From Candidatus Uhrbacteria bacterium (GTDB lineage: Bacteria; Patescibacteriota; Patescibacteriia; UBA9934; GWF2-40-263): a stretch of 64,000 nucleotides of DNA. Where the stretch lies: NCBI GenBank assembly GCA_016844925.1, contig JAERTI010000018.1, forward strand, positions 1,221-65,220, read 5' to 3'. The position numbers and the translations under genes were made by a program. The notes beneath the pieces were generated by a model. That model was not told the DNA's origin. It searched no databases and worked only from the letters and a program-made list of their open reading frames with translations. This document shows, piece by piece, positions 15,870 to 27,535 of the stretch. Position 1 is the stretch's first letter. Every line of letters starts with the position of its first letter.

Positions 15870-18800
15870 TACTCTGGAGTCACGCTAATGTATCCATCCC
15901 AGTTTATCCATGGGTTAGATAAGTTACCGTAGTCGAATTCAGCTTCACAACTTCCAGATCCACCCCCCGGACAACCGTCGATATTACACTCATCAACCTC
16001 GGTTATTCCATCACTCAATACTCCCGTGAAACATTCGGTGCCTGTATCTGTTTCCTCACTGTCACAGTACCCAGTACACCAACCCCAGTTATCCATCACG
16101 TGAATACGTGGCTGGAAGACACAAGCTTCGTTTTCAACACATGGTGAGTTTACCAGCCGACCATCATCTTCAAAGTTACAAACCCTTCCCGCTATCTGCA
16201 AGTCATTCAATCGACCCTGCGTACACACGTAGTCATGTGTGAAGGTCACATAACTTGAGGAACAAGCATCGGCACTGTTGCCAAACTCATCGTTTGCAGC
16301 CGTTCCATCCTGACACTCATCCTGATTGGAAATCGGATTGATTCCACGATAGTTCTTGTAGAAGTTATCATCAGCTGTGGAACCACTCTGTGACCCAGTA
16401 CCCCAGGCAACATCTCCCGTGATACTCGTAAAGTCATCACCCCAGTCCACCACCATACGTCGAATTGGCATGTGGTTTGTATCTGCGTACGCGTAGAAGC
16501 TCACTGGCGCACGGTAGCTGCCCTCAGCCGAGATCTCACCACCTGTAAGCTCATCAACCGTGAAGGAATCCTCAGCCCCCTCAAAACACTCTGAGCCGTT
16601 ACAGTCTCCAATAGCAGCAATATGTGGAGCCTCACCATCGGTATCATAGAGATTGTTCCAAATCCAATCTCCGTACCCCTCATCATCCAACTCATCTATG
16701 CCAAGGAGTTCCCAACTACCAAACGGCTCGTTATCAAACGCCCCATCAAGACCGCCAGTGCTTATGTCGGCAGCACCGTCGTACCCATCGTCACTGAAAA
16801 CAGCAAGCCCGTAGATTCTTCCAAAAATCTGTGACAATCGACTGATAGCATCCTCTTCATCTTCTGACTCAATAAACGAATATTCAGGGGCCTCTCCTTC
16901 TGCCAGACATGTCGCACCAGTAAGCTGACCATCCGAGGTTGCAAAGCGCACTTGGCAGTAGTTCAGCACACAATGTGCGTCTGTGTAACAAGCTCCATCG
17001 TTTATCTCATCGCCATCCGAATCACCACCACCGTCGTATTCTCCTCCATCACATGTGCTCACACAATCATTCCCTGATCCGCAATAATCATGATCACCAT
17101 TACTGTCATAATCATACAAATCGCAAGTGTTACCACTGTTAGAACCACCATCACAAACACCCTCTAAATCCTCTCCTCCGCAAGTAATTTCCCTGTCATT
17201 ATCATTATCCCAGTTACACTCACTTGGGTCTGTAGAACCGTAATCATCATTGTCATAACACAAACAATCTTCACCGTCTTTACACCAATCACTAAACACG
17301 GTCCCGCTCACCTGAATCGAAACTTCGTAGAACGCTCGGGCATGCGCACCGCTTGATGAGCTGATTGAATAGTCCGTGGGACATGAGTCACCAACATCCG
17401 CTGGCGCTGGCTCCTGCGAATAATCGTCCATCTCACACATCACAGCTTCATGTGGGAATGGATCAACGTATGCCGCCAAATTTTGATAATCATCTGCTTT
17501 TCCGAACTGTGCATACTCCGTTGTGTTGGAATAGCTGAAATCTGTACCCGTTGGTGTGATGGTGTAACGATCCGAACCCGTTGCCCAAAGCCTATCCGTA
17601 TAAGCTGCGTTATACGTCTTGAACGGCAAGAAATCATTATCTTCCAAAGTTTTCGTTGACACTTGTGCCAAGGAAGTACAAACAGCCCGAGGTCGGAAAT
17701 CAAAGACTAACTCATAATACCCTTTTTCGTTTGTCCCTCCTGTTTGATAACGCTCTTCTAACTCTGCAATATTTGCACGTGGAGAGTAAAACTCGTCTGC
17801 ATTTCCTCCATCAGCAACACTTAACACTCCACGAGTGAAACAGTCATTATAATAACTCCAAGCTGTTCCGAAGTCAGTGGAGTTCATGACATATACACGC
17901 GCGCTTGTCTCGTAGTCCGTTCCGATAGACCAATGGTCACCAACATTATTAATAGCATACGAGTAGGCCGTTTCCGCACCGCCATAGTTCAAATCGATAT
18001 CAAGCGCCACGTCCGGCGTCAGACACCTCTCATCTGTATGACCATCTGTTGTATTTGTCTTATAAGACAACTTCGGAACACAGAAGAATGGACAATCATC
18101 TTCTGCAGAAGCTGTACATCTATTGTCCCAAGACTGATCTCCACAACCTGTCATGACGCCAAAGTACCCATCAGGACACCAGGCAGCAGCGATACAGTCA
18201 TCTTCCCCACTACCCACAGACGTGTTTGAAGCCTCATCTTTAAAACTCTCAAAGTCGCTATCGTTACAGTTCAAGTCCTGAACCTCCGCACACCCAATAC
18301 CTGTCGTTCCAACGCCGTACCCCATCGCAATATCCGCGCAGTAGTACGTGTCCTGCGGTGCATACCCCGCACTCGTGTACTTCGCATACAGGTCCGTCGC
18401 ACCGGTCAACTGATCAACCGGTAGCCATGAGAGACAAGCCTGATCCTCTGTGTCGGATGATCCAAGGGTCTGAATAGAGGTATCGCGCTCAATACAATAT
18501 CCGTGCCAACCGCTCATGGTGGAGATCTGTGTTGCAAACTCGCAGGTTCCCGCCTTATCGGCCGTGCTACAGTCATCGTCGTTAATACAGGCAATGCCGC
18601 TGAAGTTACCCCCTGTACAGACTCCCAATGGCACCTCATCGTCCTCCCCTTGAGGGAAGCTACTGCCAGATGGGTGATACTGATAGGCTGCTCCGCTACC
18701 GTACTCAACCTTGTCATAGGAACACAGACAATCGGTTGGATTTCCATCGTTATCCAAGGCACAAACCGTAGCATCCTGGAATCCACTGAGGTACGTGTAT

Positions 18801-21800
18801 GGCAGTGACGACTGATCCAAGTTGCTGGTTCCCTGTGGTAATTCAAAGGCCGTGGAGCTAGGCATCTCTCCATCGTCGTCGATATTTCCATCGCTATACT
18901 TCACCCAGTCATACACCACATCCACTGGGAATGGTGAATCAATCTCAGGATACCCACGGCAGGACTGCTCGCGAGCATTATCTACATTCAACGCATCAGC
19001 CAATCCATTGGCATCACGGTCTGTGATATCTGTAAGACAGCTATTATTAAAGCAGGTTCCCACTACAGATGTTGAAGCTGGGACACACTCCTGCTGTGTA
19101 CCACAAGCCTCTTCCCCGTCGCCATCCTCATCATCAGTGGCAACACACGCCTCGCGATTATCTACATCACTTGTGAGCACATCTACACAGACGTACTGTC
19201 GCGGATCACAGATAGGCGTTGAAACAACGCCACCAGCCGTTACACCAATACAGTCGGTATGCGTTGTGCCGTCGGCCTCATAAAGATCTGGGTTACAAGA
19301 ACAGTCTCCTGAGGTACAGGTATCACCCGTTGCCTGACAGTATCCAACCACACAGGCTTCATCAGAACAGTCGTCATTGTCTGAGCAGGAGACGCCATCA
19401 CCGCCACAGAATCCAACACGACACTCTCCCCCGTTTCCAACACCTCCGCGGTCAATCTCGCCATCGCCGTCATCATCAATCGGCTCAGTTGAGTCACAGG
19501 CACCCGCGTTGTAAACCAAGCGGTAGTCTGTATCAGTAGTATTTGCACAATCGTAATGACAGTACCCAGTTCCACTCTCACAAACACCGTCACCATTCTC
19601 ATCAACACAGTCACAACCACCGTAATCTGCATCAATACACTCTAGGTCAGTGTTACAGGAAGTAACCGTTGTTGAAGACTCATCAACTTCACAGTCCGTG
19701 AACGCATTACACGCTGACGGCAAGTAATTATCGTTCAAAATAATATTCCCTGCCGTAGACTGACAGTAAGATGCTGCTTCAATGTTGAACTGGTTATAGT
19801 GCTCAATCGGTAACTGGTTTGGGATCGTATTTCCAGAGAGTTCAGTACCATTCCAGGTCACGTCGCGGCTTGCATAATCGCCGATCGTCAAGATTTCCAC
19901 ATCACGACTCTCCCAAGCAGTACAAATCGCTTCATCACCTTGAACCTTTCCAGCGACACACAAATCGATGGAATCACAGATGCGATCGTACTGACTGGTC
20001 TGAGAGTTCCAGCTCGTCTTAGAGCTATCACAGGCGAGCCATGCGCTACAGGTGCGATCACGATTCACTTTCAGCACTTCATTCACATCGTTAGAAAGAC
20101 GATAGGTCTCCATGGCGTCCATGCCATAAGTGGCACCGTCGAGTGAGGCGTTATCAAACACTGTCTCACCAACTTCCCACACGTTCGAACAGACACCAGA
20201 AGCCTCTTCCCCATCATCTGTGGTGATGATTGGGCAATCTGTATCACCCAAACAAGAACGCTCAAGATACGTATCTGAGAATCCTGTACGGTCGTACGCT
20301 TGCGCAGAACCTGTGTCGATACTGTCGCCACTTTCTAACTCATAGACACAGCGGCGCATACATAGATCTACCGTGTCCTCCTGACTAGAGCCCAAACCGT
20401 CTTCTACTCCATAGAACTCTGCGTCTGCCTCGGAAATACTGAACACAGCAGACCCTTCAACAGCACAGGTAATTGGGTCTACAAGTGAGTTCGGTGACTC
20501 GCCATAGAAGGTATCGGCATGAACAGATGTTACATAACTAACACTAGCGTTGTGTGAAAGATCTGAATTGGTGGTGTTGTAAAACAAACCACAACCCATC
20601 TTCTGACTCACCTGACCTTCACATTTTTGTGTATCTGAGAGTGTTTCCTCATCAAGAAGCTCATCGTTTGTGAAGTAATAACTGGTTCCATAGGAGTAGA
20701 CACCATTGGTATCCACCACATCGACAAACTCGGTACACATGTCATAAGCAGGCTCACACTGCGCTACCCATCCATCATAATCATCGTCACCGTTCTGCCA
20801 GACCTTGAACGTGTCTCCACCTTCAATGACAAAACTGTCGGCATTCACATCAAATACCCCATCACCATCATCATCGTTCCAATAACATGGTTCGTCTGTT
20901 CCGGTACGGAACCAACCATCGTAAGACTGATTATCTAGCGCAACACTTGTCTTGTACTCACAAGACTTATCAAGCGGATCTTTAAAGTAGAAGTTTCCGC
21001 TCTCATTAGAACTCCACTCCTCACAGAACAACGCCTGGTGGTCACAGAGGATGTTGTCGTAACTGGCTGGCAAATCAATATAATACTCGCTCTCAAATCC
21101 GGTCACCTCTGTCTGGACCTGATTATAGGTTGGGTTTCCTACCTCCGTACAACCCATAGCAGAAGAGAGGCACTCAACATCATTACTTAGCACTAAGTAC
21201 ACTGGAGTATCCCCCTTAACAATACGTGTCTCAGGTCCATAGACGATTCCAAAACCGCTCTCGATTGGGAGTGGTAGCTCGAATGTTTGCTCAGCATTAA
21301 ACGTACAATAAGACGTTCCCGCTGTAATGGTACAAAGTGTCTCACCCTCATACTCACAGTCCGTGTTAGACGTCACTACTTCCCCGTCCGTGAGATCATC
21401 TGAAGCATCCGCCGTGTAGACACAACGAGCATTAAAGACTTGTGCGTACTCGCTCTCTGAGTTGTGTGTATTGTAGAGCCCCTCACAACCAATCACCTCT
21501 TCATTACAAATGTTTGTAAACTGGTACAAGTCAGCGTCATTTCCATTGTGATCGGTGTACGCCTCACAACCAAGGTAGAACTGATCCGAGTCAGCGCCGG
21601 CTGGTGTCTGGTCACACGTGGACGGCACAACCCAGGAATCCTTAATAACCGTCACGTTCTCCTCGGTCTGCTTAAGGGTGATGTTATCGATGTAGAACTC
21701 GTCACTGCTGTCAGTGGTAAATCGAAGGATGGCGTTCTCATCGAAATCATCAAACTCGCTCGTGTCGAGCGGCCCGAGACTATAAAGCTGCCAGGAACCA

Positions 21801-24800
21801 GAAAGCGTGACGGGGTCAGCACCAGAAGTCTCCGCAAGAGGATCATTCATGTCATGCTCGTCTCCTGCTCCACCCTCTTCAATAAAATTCACCGTCAGTT
21901 CACCAGAACCCTTTGCCCAAAAATCAACAATGAACGTCTTGCCCCCTACCAACTCATCGGTCAGAGGTCCGCAACTTTCTTCACCATCGGAAATAATACA
22001 ACTCTCGTCCGCTGTTCCATCGCTGTCGACATCGTTCTCCACATAACAACCAGAATCTTCCACAGTTCCACCGACGCTTGTACAGGTGGTGTCGTCATCA
22101 GCATCGTAGGTCGCTGATGTATCTGTGCTGTCGAGATAAATCTGAACAATGTCGAACCCAGCGGTTCCTGTGGTATTTGTAACAGACAGCGAGTGGCCAT
22201 CTGTGGCAACGGATTCGTTAGAAATAGCCAGAGACTGCGTACCGCTTGTATCGGCAATCACGAAATCCTCGTATGTACCACCCTCAAAGGTCTCATCCAA
22301 AATGTCGGTCGCATTACGCCCAGAACCACCCGTGTACTCACGACATCCGCTCTGACCAGCTGGACACTCAACAGACTCTTCGGCAAGCACGTAATATCGG
22401 CAGAATCCCTGCGCTGTCCAGTACCCACCAGAGTCCTCACAGTCCGTCTCATTGGAGTCGTCCATGCGGTATGGCGTACAGGCATTGTCAACAGAAATGG
22501 TTGTCGAGTGCAGACGATAGTGCGCATTACCCTCTGAATCGAAGTACTCACGACAATCTGGATTCTCAAAAATGTCGTCGTGCTCATCACAGTCGTCATT
22601 ACTCCACACATCCTGATTCATCAACGCATTGCGATCATTACACACCACCTCATCCTCGGCCGTCATGGAAACGTGTACACACGGCGCGTTCTCTGGATCT
22701 GTTTCCTGGAACCCGGAACCTGTTGATGAGAGATCAAATGTGTCTCTGGATCCTGTGTAATTCGACTGCAGCAAGTACCACGTATTCAACTGGTACCCCT
22801 CGTTATCTGACCCCTCCCACGTAAAGAAGGTAGCTGGCGTGTTGTTCGCCGCAGTGCCATCGGCAATCGTCTCAGTCAGACAAGAACGTGTGTCAGTAAA
22901 GTATTCTGTCTGCTCTCCCCCTTCTGCCACAGCACCAAGAGAGGTAAAGGCATCACAACCAACATACTGTTCACTACAGGTAGCAGCGCTATCAGCAATA
23001 AAGTAAAGCGGGAAGGATTCTGCTTCACGGTCCGTAGCCTCCTGCTTATAGGTTGTGTAACCAACACACTCAGATGGACACTCATCAAGCTCAGAAATAA
23101 TCGCTGGGACAGATGGATCACCATCCTCTGGAGTATAGAGACTACAGCCAACCTCCTGAGCACTACAGACCTGAGCATAATCATCACACCCTGCCGGATC
23201 ATCAGCCCCACCGGTACAACCCAAGTAATCTGGGGCAACTTTGTAATAAACAACACTCGTCGACGTGCTGTAACCCTCTGTATAAGTATTTACATCTTCA
23301 CCCAGCTCGAGCTGAACGCCATCAAGAGCAATACCACCAGTAACGATAGCTATGTGCACATAAGATGTGTCTTCCGGAATAGTTACCGTACAATCATGCC
23401 TTGCCCAATCACCACCAGAAAGCTCGTCACTTGTTGGGTCAAATGTCATCAAATACGCACTTCCAAACGTACCGCAGTAATCATTACTTGTATCGTATGA
23501 AAGCCCTGAAACAGAAAGAGAATTCCCATCTTCATCGTAGGAGACAAGTGACATGAATCCCCCAGTCGAAGTTGATCCACTCAACTTGACACTCACACTG
23601 AACGTATAAAAATTACCCGGAGCTACATCGATAAACTGCTTAAAGACGTCTCCACTTCCATCAAAGCTATACGAGCCGTATTGGGCATCTCCCTCAAGAA
23701 TCGCTCCAGTAGCAACGACATCAAACAACCAATCATCAGGAAGGTCATCACCATCTACATCCTCCTCAAAACTCGCGTTCTTAACCGTGTTTAAGGTTAG
23801 CGTGTCTGAAAACTCAATTAACTGCGTACAACCACCATCTGTATCCGCACATTCCTCCGCATCATGTGTGAGGTAAATACGATCCTCATACGCATAGGAG
23901 TCGTAACTATAGCTTTCGCCAGAATCGGAAGTGTAGGAGTAACTTGCACGTGCTTCAACATCACCAGACGTATTCTGGTATGCCCAGTCGTCATCTCGAT
24001 CCGCTGTTTCATAGACCTCCCCTCCTGGGAGCCAGGCGTATTCATCATCGGACGTATCATCAGCTGTCCCCGCGTCATCATAAAGTTTCTGTGTGCGGTA
24101 CCAGCGACAGCCAGCATTGTCCTGACCACAGACACTGTAGTCCACTGTATTTACCAGGTAGTCGACAGCATCTCCAGTTTCTGTGTTGCTAAAGGACAAA
24201 CAAGAAGCGTACTCGGCCGGACACTCGCTTCCACGGAAACGCCAGACATTCTCTTCTTCTACACAGTAACCATACCCATCAGTACAGTTCCCGTCGTTAT
24301 CTTCACCAATACAACTCGGTGCGTCTGCACAATACGTCAGACGACCAGCTGTTTGAGTACCGATTCGAATCTCTCCGTTCACTACGGCACGACACTGACT
24401 ATCTGGATACTTGAGCACCCAGTTCGGATCAATCAAATGACACCATTGCGTACCCGAACCTTCAGGGCCAATATCACCATCTTCTGTACACGTATCGAAA
24501 CCATCAATCACATCCTGCAGCGTGGCGTCGCCATCGCCATTTCGAAGTGCTGCGAGCTCCCAACCAATAGGTATCACGCGCGCCTTACGCAACTTCACCA
24601 AGTTTCCATAACAAAAACCGTAAGTATAGCAATAGGGGTCTTGGTTTGAGGCCTGCTCATCAGGTCCAATCAAGAGCCAATCTCCGTTAATCAACCCTTC
24701 ATCGATCGCCTCTTGCAGGGTAATAGCTGCCCCCGACCCTCCACGGGACACAGCCGCGAGGAAGTTAGCATCCATGACACAATTGTTGATTCCCCTGTTT

Positions 24801-26005
24801 GTCACCCCTTCGGCAATACAGACAACAAACTCAGAAAGGGCATTGTATTCAATCGTACGAATAGGATTTGTTGCAAGAACATCCGCAAATCGCTCTTGTG
24901 CTGCCTCACGTCCTCCAGTACTCACACCCTCTACATCAAATGGGTCAAACTCGTAACCATCCTCCTCAAACAAACCTGTATAGACACGATTCATTAACGT
25001 TGAGAGTAGTGTGTTTGTAAACGTAGAAGCGGTCGTCAAAGCCAGTCCCCCAATCATCTCCTTCGCATTCACCAAATCACCAACATTAATCTTTGACTGG
25101 TCACCATCAACTTTCGCCAACTCATCTTCAAAATCTTTCTGCAACGTCTCACTTGGCGTTTTAACGTTTCCAGTAATGAATCCGGTTACGTTTTTATAGG
25201 TACTCTCATTACGCTGTAAAAACTGAAGCAACTTCTGCTCGTGAACCTTTTGGTTAATCGCAATGTTAATACGCAAAGAAGCAGAGAGTTCATTTTTTCC
25301 AGGCTTCAAAGACTCAGCAAACTTAGAAAGAATAGCCTCTTGGCGTGCCTCCGGCGACCCAATGGTGGCAAACGAGTCAGAAATAAACCCTTCCCAATTA
25401 GCTCCAACCTCCAGAATGTCACACTTAGGTTCCTCTGGTTGATACTTCTGCTTAATACCGATGGCCAGTGCCAAATCGAGAATAGGCTTGTTTGCCCCAG
25501 GATCACAAAGATTAAACTCAACACCCAATTCCTCAGAAGAAAGTTCAGAAAGAATACCAACCGCCTCTCCCGCAACCTCCAGTCCGAGTTGTGCGAAAGC
25601 ATCGGCCGGCTCTGTTTTATAGAAAAGAGATTCCTGTCCAACACCACCGGAAGCAATCGCTACAGCAGCCTCATAAGCCAAACGATTCAAGACAAACTGA
25701 GAAAGGTTCAAAAGCGCTTGAATCAATGCGATGCGGAACACGGGCGACACCATTTTTTCACCCACTGTTTTAAGGTTGTTCTTCAACCCTTCAGGGGGAC
25801 ATACCGCTGCACCAGGAGACGTTGCCACACACGCACCAACCGCCGAACCAGCTGCCGCCTCACCACCAGCAAAAATCTGTTCAACGTCCTGAGCAAGCAC
25901 CTGCTGGTGAGAAGCAAACAAACCTACGGAAACCAGTCCTAGTACAAAAACGGCTGCCAGCGCAGAGGAAATAATTCGCTTCGTTTTTTGATTGCTGTTC
26001 AACAT
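15869..26005 (-). CDS. giant (3378 aa) Cys/Asp-rich secreted surface protein
   Basis: N-terminal signal sequence; very many Cys in repeated modules; CBM4/9-like segments (NASFEEDVDGDDLPDDW); DxDxDG motifs. Confidence 0.9.
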   Translation of the reverse strand: MLNSNQKTKRIISSALAAVFVLGLVSVGLFASHQQVLAQDVEQIFAGGEAAAGSAVGACVATSPGAAVCPPEGLKNNLKTVGEKMVSPVFRIALIQALLNLSQFVLNRLAYEAAVAIASGGVGQESLFYKTEPADAFAQLGLEVAGEAVGILSELSSEELGVEFNLCDPGANKPILDLALAIGIKQKYQPEEPKCDILEVGANWEGFISDSFATIGSPEARQEAILSKFAESLKPGKNELSASLRINIAINQKVHEQKLLQFLQRNESTYKNVTGFITGNVKTPSETLQKDFEDELAKVDGDQSKINVGDLVNAKEMIGGLALTTASTFTNTLLSTLMNRVYTGLFEEDGYEFDPFDVEGVSTGGREAAQERFADVLATNPIRTIEYNALSEFVVCIAEGVTNRGINNCVMDANFLAAVSRGGSGAAITLQEAIDEGLINGDWLLIGPDEQASNQDPYCYTYGFCYGNLVKLRKARVIPIGWELAALRNGDGDATLQDVIDGFDTCTEDGDIGPEGSGTQWCHLIDPNWVLKYPDSQCRAVVNGEIRIGTQTAGRLTYCADAPSCIGEDNDGNCTDGYGYCVEEENVWRFRGSECPAEYASCLSFSNTETGDAVDYLVNTVDYSVCGQDNAGCRWYRTQKLYDDAGTADDTSDDEYAWLPGGEVYETADRDDDWAYQNTSGDVEARASYSYTSDSGESYSYDSYAYEDRIYLTHDAEECADTDGGCTQLIEFSDTLTLNTVKNASFEEDVDGDDLPDDWLFDVVATGAILEGDAQYGSYSFDGSGDVFKQFIDVAPGNFYTFSVSVKLSGSTSTGGFMSLVSYDEDGNSLSVSGLSYDTSNDYCGTFGSAYLMTFDPTSDELSGGDWARHDCTVTIPEDTSYVHIAIVTGGIALDGVQLELGEDVNTYTEGYSTSTSVVYYKVAPDYLGCTGGADDPAGCDDYAQVCSAQEVGCSLYTPEDGDPSVPAIISELDECPSECVGYTTYKQEATDREAESFPLYFIADSAATCSEQYVGCDAFTSLGAVAEGGEQTEYFTDTRSCLTETIADGTAANNTPATFFTWEGSDNEGYQLNTWYLLQSNYTGSRDTFDLSSTGSGFQETDPENAPCVHVSMTAEDEVVCNDRNALMNQDVWSNDDCDEHDDIFENPDCREYFDSEGNAHYRLHSTTISVDNACTPYRMDDSNETDCEDSGGYWTAQGFCRYYVLAEESVECPAGQSGCREYTGGSGRNATDILDETFEGGTYEDFVIADTSGTQSLAISNESVATDGHSLSVTNTTGTAGFDIVQIYLDSTDTSATYDADDDTTCTSVGGTVEDSGCYVENDVDSDGTADESCIISDGEESCGPLTDELVGGKTFIVDFWAKGSGELTVNFIEEGGAGDEHDMNDPLAETSGADPVTLSGSWQLYSLGPLDTSEFDDFDENAILRFTTDSSDEFYIDNITLKQTEENVTVIKDSWVVPSTCDQTPAGADSDQFYLGCEAYTDHNGNDADLYQFTNICNEEVIGCEGLYNTHNSESEYAQVFNARCVYTADASDDLTDGEVVTSNTDCEYEGETLCTITAGTSYCTFNAEQTFELPLPIESGFGIVYGPETRIVKGDTPVYLVLSNDVECLSSAMGCTEVGNPTYNQVQTEVTGFESEYYIDLPASYDNILCDHQALFCEEWSSNESGNFYFKDPLDKSCEYKTSVALDNQSYDGWFRTGTDEPCYWNDDDGDGVFDVNADSFVIEGGDTFKVWQNGDDDYDGWVAQCEPAYDMCTEFVDVVDTNGVYSYGTSYYFTNDELLDEETLSDTQKCEGQVSQKMGCGLFYNTTNSDLSHNASVSYVTSVHADTFYGESPNSLVDPITCAVEGSAVFSISEADAEFYGVEDGLGSSQEDTVDLCMRRCVYELESGDSIDTGSAQAYDRTGFSDTYLERSCLGDTDCPIITTDDGEEASGVCSNVWEVGETVFDNASLDGATYGMDAMETYRLSNDVNEVLKVNRDRTCSAWLACDSSKTSWNSQTSQYDRICDSIDLCVAGKVQGDEAICTAWESRDVEILTIGDYASRDVTWNGTELSGNTIPNQLPIEHYNQFNIEAASYCQSTAGNIILNDNYLPSACNAFTDCEVDESSTTVTSCNTDLECIDADYGGCDCVDENGDGVCESGTGYCHYDCANTTDTDYRLVYNAGACDSTEPIDDDGDGEIDRGGVGNGGECRVGFCGGDGVSCSDNDDCSDEACVVGYCQATGDTCTSGDCSCNPDLYEADGTTHTDCIGVTAGGVVSTPICDPRQYVCVDVLTSDVDNREACVATDDEDGDGEEACGTQQECVPASTSVVGTCFNNSCLTDITDRDANGLADALNVDNAREQSCRGYPEIDSPFPVDVVYDWVKYSDGNIDDDGEMPSSTAFELPQGTSNLDQSSLPYTYLSGFQDATVCALDNDGNPTDCLCSYDKVEYGSGAAYQYHPSGSSFPQGEDDEVPLGVCTGGNFSGIACINDDDCSTADKAGTCEFATQISTMSGWHGYCIERDTSIQTLGSSDTEDQACLSWLPVDQLTGATDLYAKYTSAGYAPQDTYYCADIAMGYGVGTTGIGCAEVQDLNCNDSDFESFKDEASNTSVGSGEDDCIAAAWCPDGYFGVMTGCGDQSWDNRCTASAEDDCPFFCVPKLSYKTNTTDGHTDERCLTPDVALDIDLNYGGAETAYSYAINNVGDHWSIGTDYETSARVYVMNSTDFGTAWSYYNDCFTRGVLSVADGGNADEFYSPRANIAELEERYQTGGTNEKGYYELVFDFRPRAVCTSLAQVSTKTLEDNDFLPFKTYNAAYTDRLWATGSDRYTITPTGTDFSYSNTTEYAQFGKADDYQNLAAYVDPFPHEAVMCEMDDYSQEPAPADVGDSCPTDYSISSSSGAHARAFYEVSIQVSGTVFSDWCKDGEDCLCYDNDDYGSTDPSECNWDNDNDREITCGGEDLEGVCDGGSNSGNTCDLYDYDSNGDHDYCGSGNDCVSTCDGGEYDGGGDSDGDEINDGACYTDAHCVLNYCQVRFATSDGQLTGATCLAEGEAPEYSFIESEDEEDAISRLSQIFGRIYGLAVFSDDGYDGAADISTGGLDGAFDNEPFGSWELLGIDELDDEGYGDWIWNNLYDTDGEAPHIAAIGDCNGSECFEGAEDSFTVDELTGGEISAEGSYRAPVSFYAYADTNHMPIRRMVVDWGDDFTSITGDVAWGTGSQSGSTADDNFYKNYRGINPISNQDECQDGTAANDEFGNSADACSSSYVTFTHDYVCTQGRLNDLQIAGRVCNFEDDGRLVNSPCVENEACVFQPRIHVMDNWGWCTGYCDSEETDTGTECFTGVLSDGITEVDECNIDGCPGGGSGSCEAEFDYGNLSNPWINWDGYISVTPE

Positions 26006-26008
26006 GGT

Positions 26009-26731
26009 TTATTCCGTTGACTGATCAACTTGCCCCCCCTCAGTTTCACTCACAACAAGATCATCAAACGCTCCTGTTTCTGACGACTCATCAACTACGG
26101 TATTGAAGAAGTCCACAAGCGTATCGTCATCAATGGCATTAAGTTCCCCCTCTTCCATTCCAGCCTCAATCAGCGCACTACGAATCTCTTCAATGGTTGC
26201 CTGCTTGAAAAAGTTCTCAATATCTTCTGCGCTATTAAACTGAATCTCTCCTGAGCTAAGAACTTCGTCATCTGTCACTCCATCAATGAGCCCGGCGGCC
26301 GCGTTGTCACCAGCGCTGACAACTTCAGAATCATCTCCGCCCCCATCACAATCACCATCCACCGGACAGTTTGGATTGTTTCCAGAAAAAACTTCTGACT
26401 TATCGTCGTATCCATCTGAATCAGAATCTTCTAAGTAGGGAGAAGTTTTGTAAACGTACAGCTCGTCATAATCAACCAAACCATCACCATCAGTATCCTT
26501 CGTCTTTGACTCCTCGAGCTCTCGGGCCTCACGCTCTGAGGAGGTTAAAAATTCTTCGCCGGTATAAAGATCGGCAATCTGTTGCTGGATGGGTCGATCC
26601 AGGTTTGCTCCAAACGACATGAAGCCGAGTACAACACCGCCAAACCCTAAAAACATCAAAAGGCCAAAAGCAACCTTTTGCTCCGGGCTTAGCACCACGG
26701 GCGGGCGATGTTTCACTCGTTGGGTGGCCAT
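26009..26731 (-). CDS. membrane-anchored protein with thrombospondin type-3-like Ca-binding repeats
   Basis: TM helix then DTDGDGLVDYDE...TSPYLEDSDSDGYDDKSE...NPNCP. Confidence 0.8.
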   Translation of the reverse strand: MATQRVKHRPPVVLSPEQKVAFGLLMFLGFGGVVLGFMSFGANLDRPIQQQIADLYTGEEFLTSSEREARELEESKTKDTDGDGLVDYDELYVYKTSPYLEDSDSDGYDDKSEVFSGNNPNCPVDGDCDGGGDDSEVVSAGDNAAAGLIDGVTDDEVLSSGEIQFNSAEDIENFFKQATIEEIRSALIEAGMEEGELNAIDDDTLVDFFNTVVDESSETGAFDDLVVSETEGGQVDQSTE

Positions 26732-26780
26732 AATCTTCTGAATTATTATAGCAAAACACCCAGGGAAACCCTAGGTGCTT

Positions 26781-27533
26781 TTACATTCTCTTGCTCAAAT
26801 TGTGGGTAAGTTCTTTCCAGTTATCGATCGTCAGGTCCTGCGCTCGGATCTTTGGGTCAAGACCCATCCCCTCAAGGACCTCTTTTGTCCCTGGACCAAT
26901 ATTTTTCTGGAGTTGTTTTCGACGAGAAGAAAAGCCCCTCTTGGCCACGGCAATCACGCTCTCAAGCGAGACGTTCTCCTTATTTTCTCGATATAAATCC
27001 AGTTGAATCACTGCTGAATCCACTTTGGGAATAGGGCGGAACGCTCCAGCTGGAACCTTGAACACTTTTTTGCACTGAGCATACAGCTGACACATCACTG
27101 ACAGCACACTCATAGCACCAGGGCCCGCCACGATTCTGTCAGCCACTTCTTTTTGAACAAGTAAAATCATCCTCGTGGGTGGATGCTCATGCGTCAGATA
27201 GCGCCGAAGAATGTCTGAGGTAATACTGTAGGGAATATTCGCCACAAGTTTATAGTCCCCTTCCGGAGGTGTTGTAACCAATGCATCCCCATGTACCACC
27301 TTCACGTGATCGCCAAACTGCTCCTTAAGGGGCTCTATCAACGAATCATCTGCCTCCACCGCCACAACCTTGGCCCCAGCCTCAACAAGCGCTTTTGTAA
27401 GCAGCCCCGTACCAGGACCGATCTCAAATACCGTCTCGCCTGATTGAATACCTGCGGCCGCGACAATTTTCTGCACAGCCGTCTCATCCACGAGCCAATT
27501 CTGGGAGTAGGATTTTTTTGCCTTAGGAAGCAT
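26781..27533 (-). CDS. rsmA: 16S rRNA m6,2A dimethyltransferase RsmA/KsgA
   Basis: KKSYSQNWL, EIGPGTG, VANIPYSIT, QKEVADR, PIPKVDSA. Confidence 0.95.
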   Translation of the reverse strand: MLPKAKKSYSQNWLVDETAVQKIVAAAGIQSGETVFEIGPGTGLLTKALVEAGAKVVAVEADDSLIEPLKEQFGDHVKVVHGDALVTTPPEGDYKLVANIPYSITSDILRRYLTHEHPPTRMILLVQKEVADRIVAGPGAMSVLSVMCQLYAQCKKVFKVPAGAFRPIPKVDSAVIQLDLYRENKENVSLESVIAVAKRGFSSRRKQLQKNIGPGTKEVLEGMGLDPKIRAQDLTIDNWKELTHNLSKRM

Positions 27534-27535
27534 AG

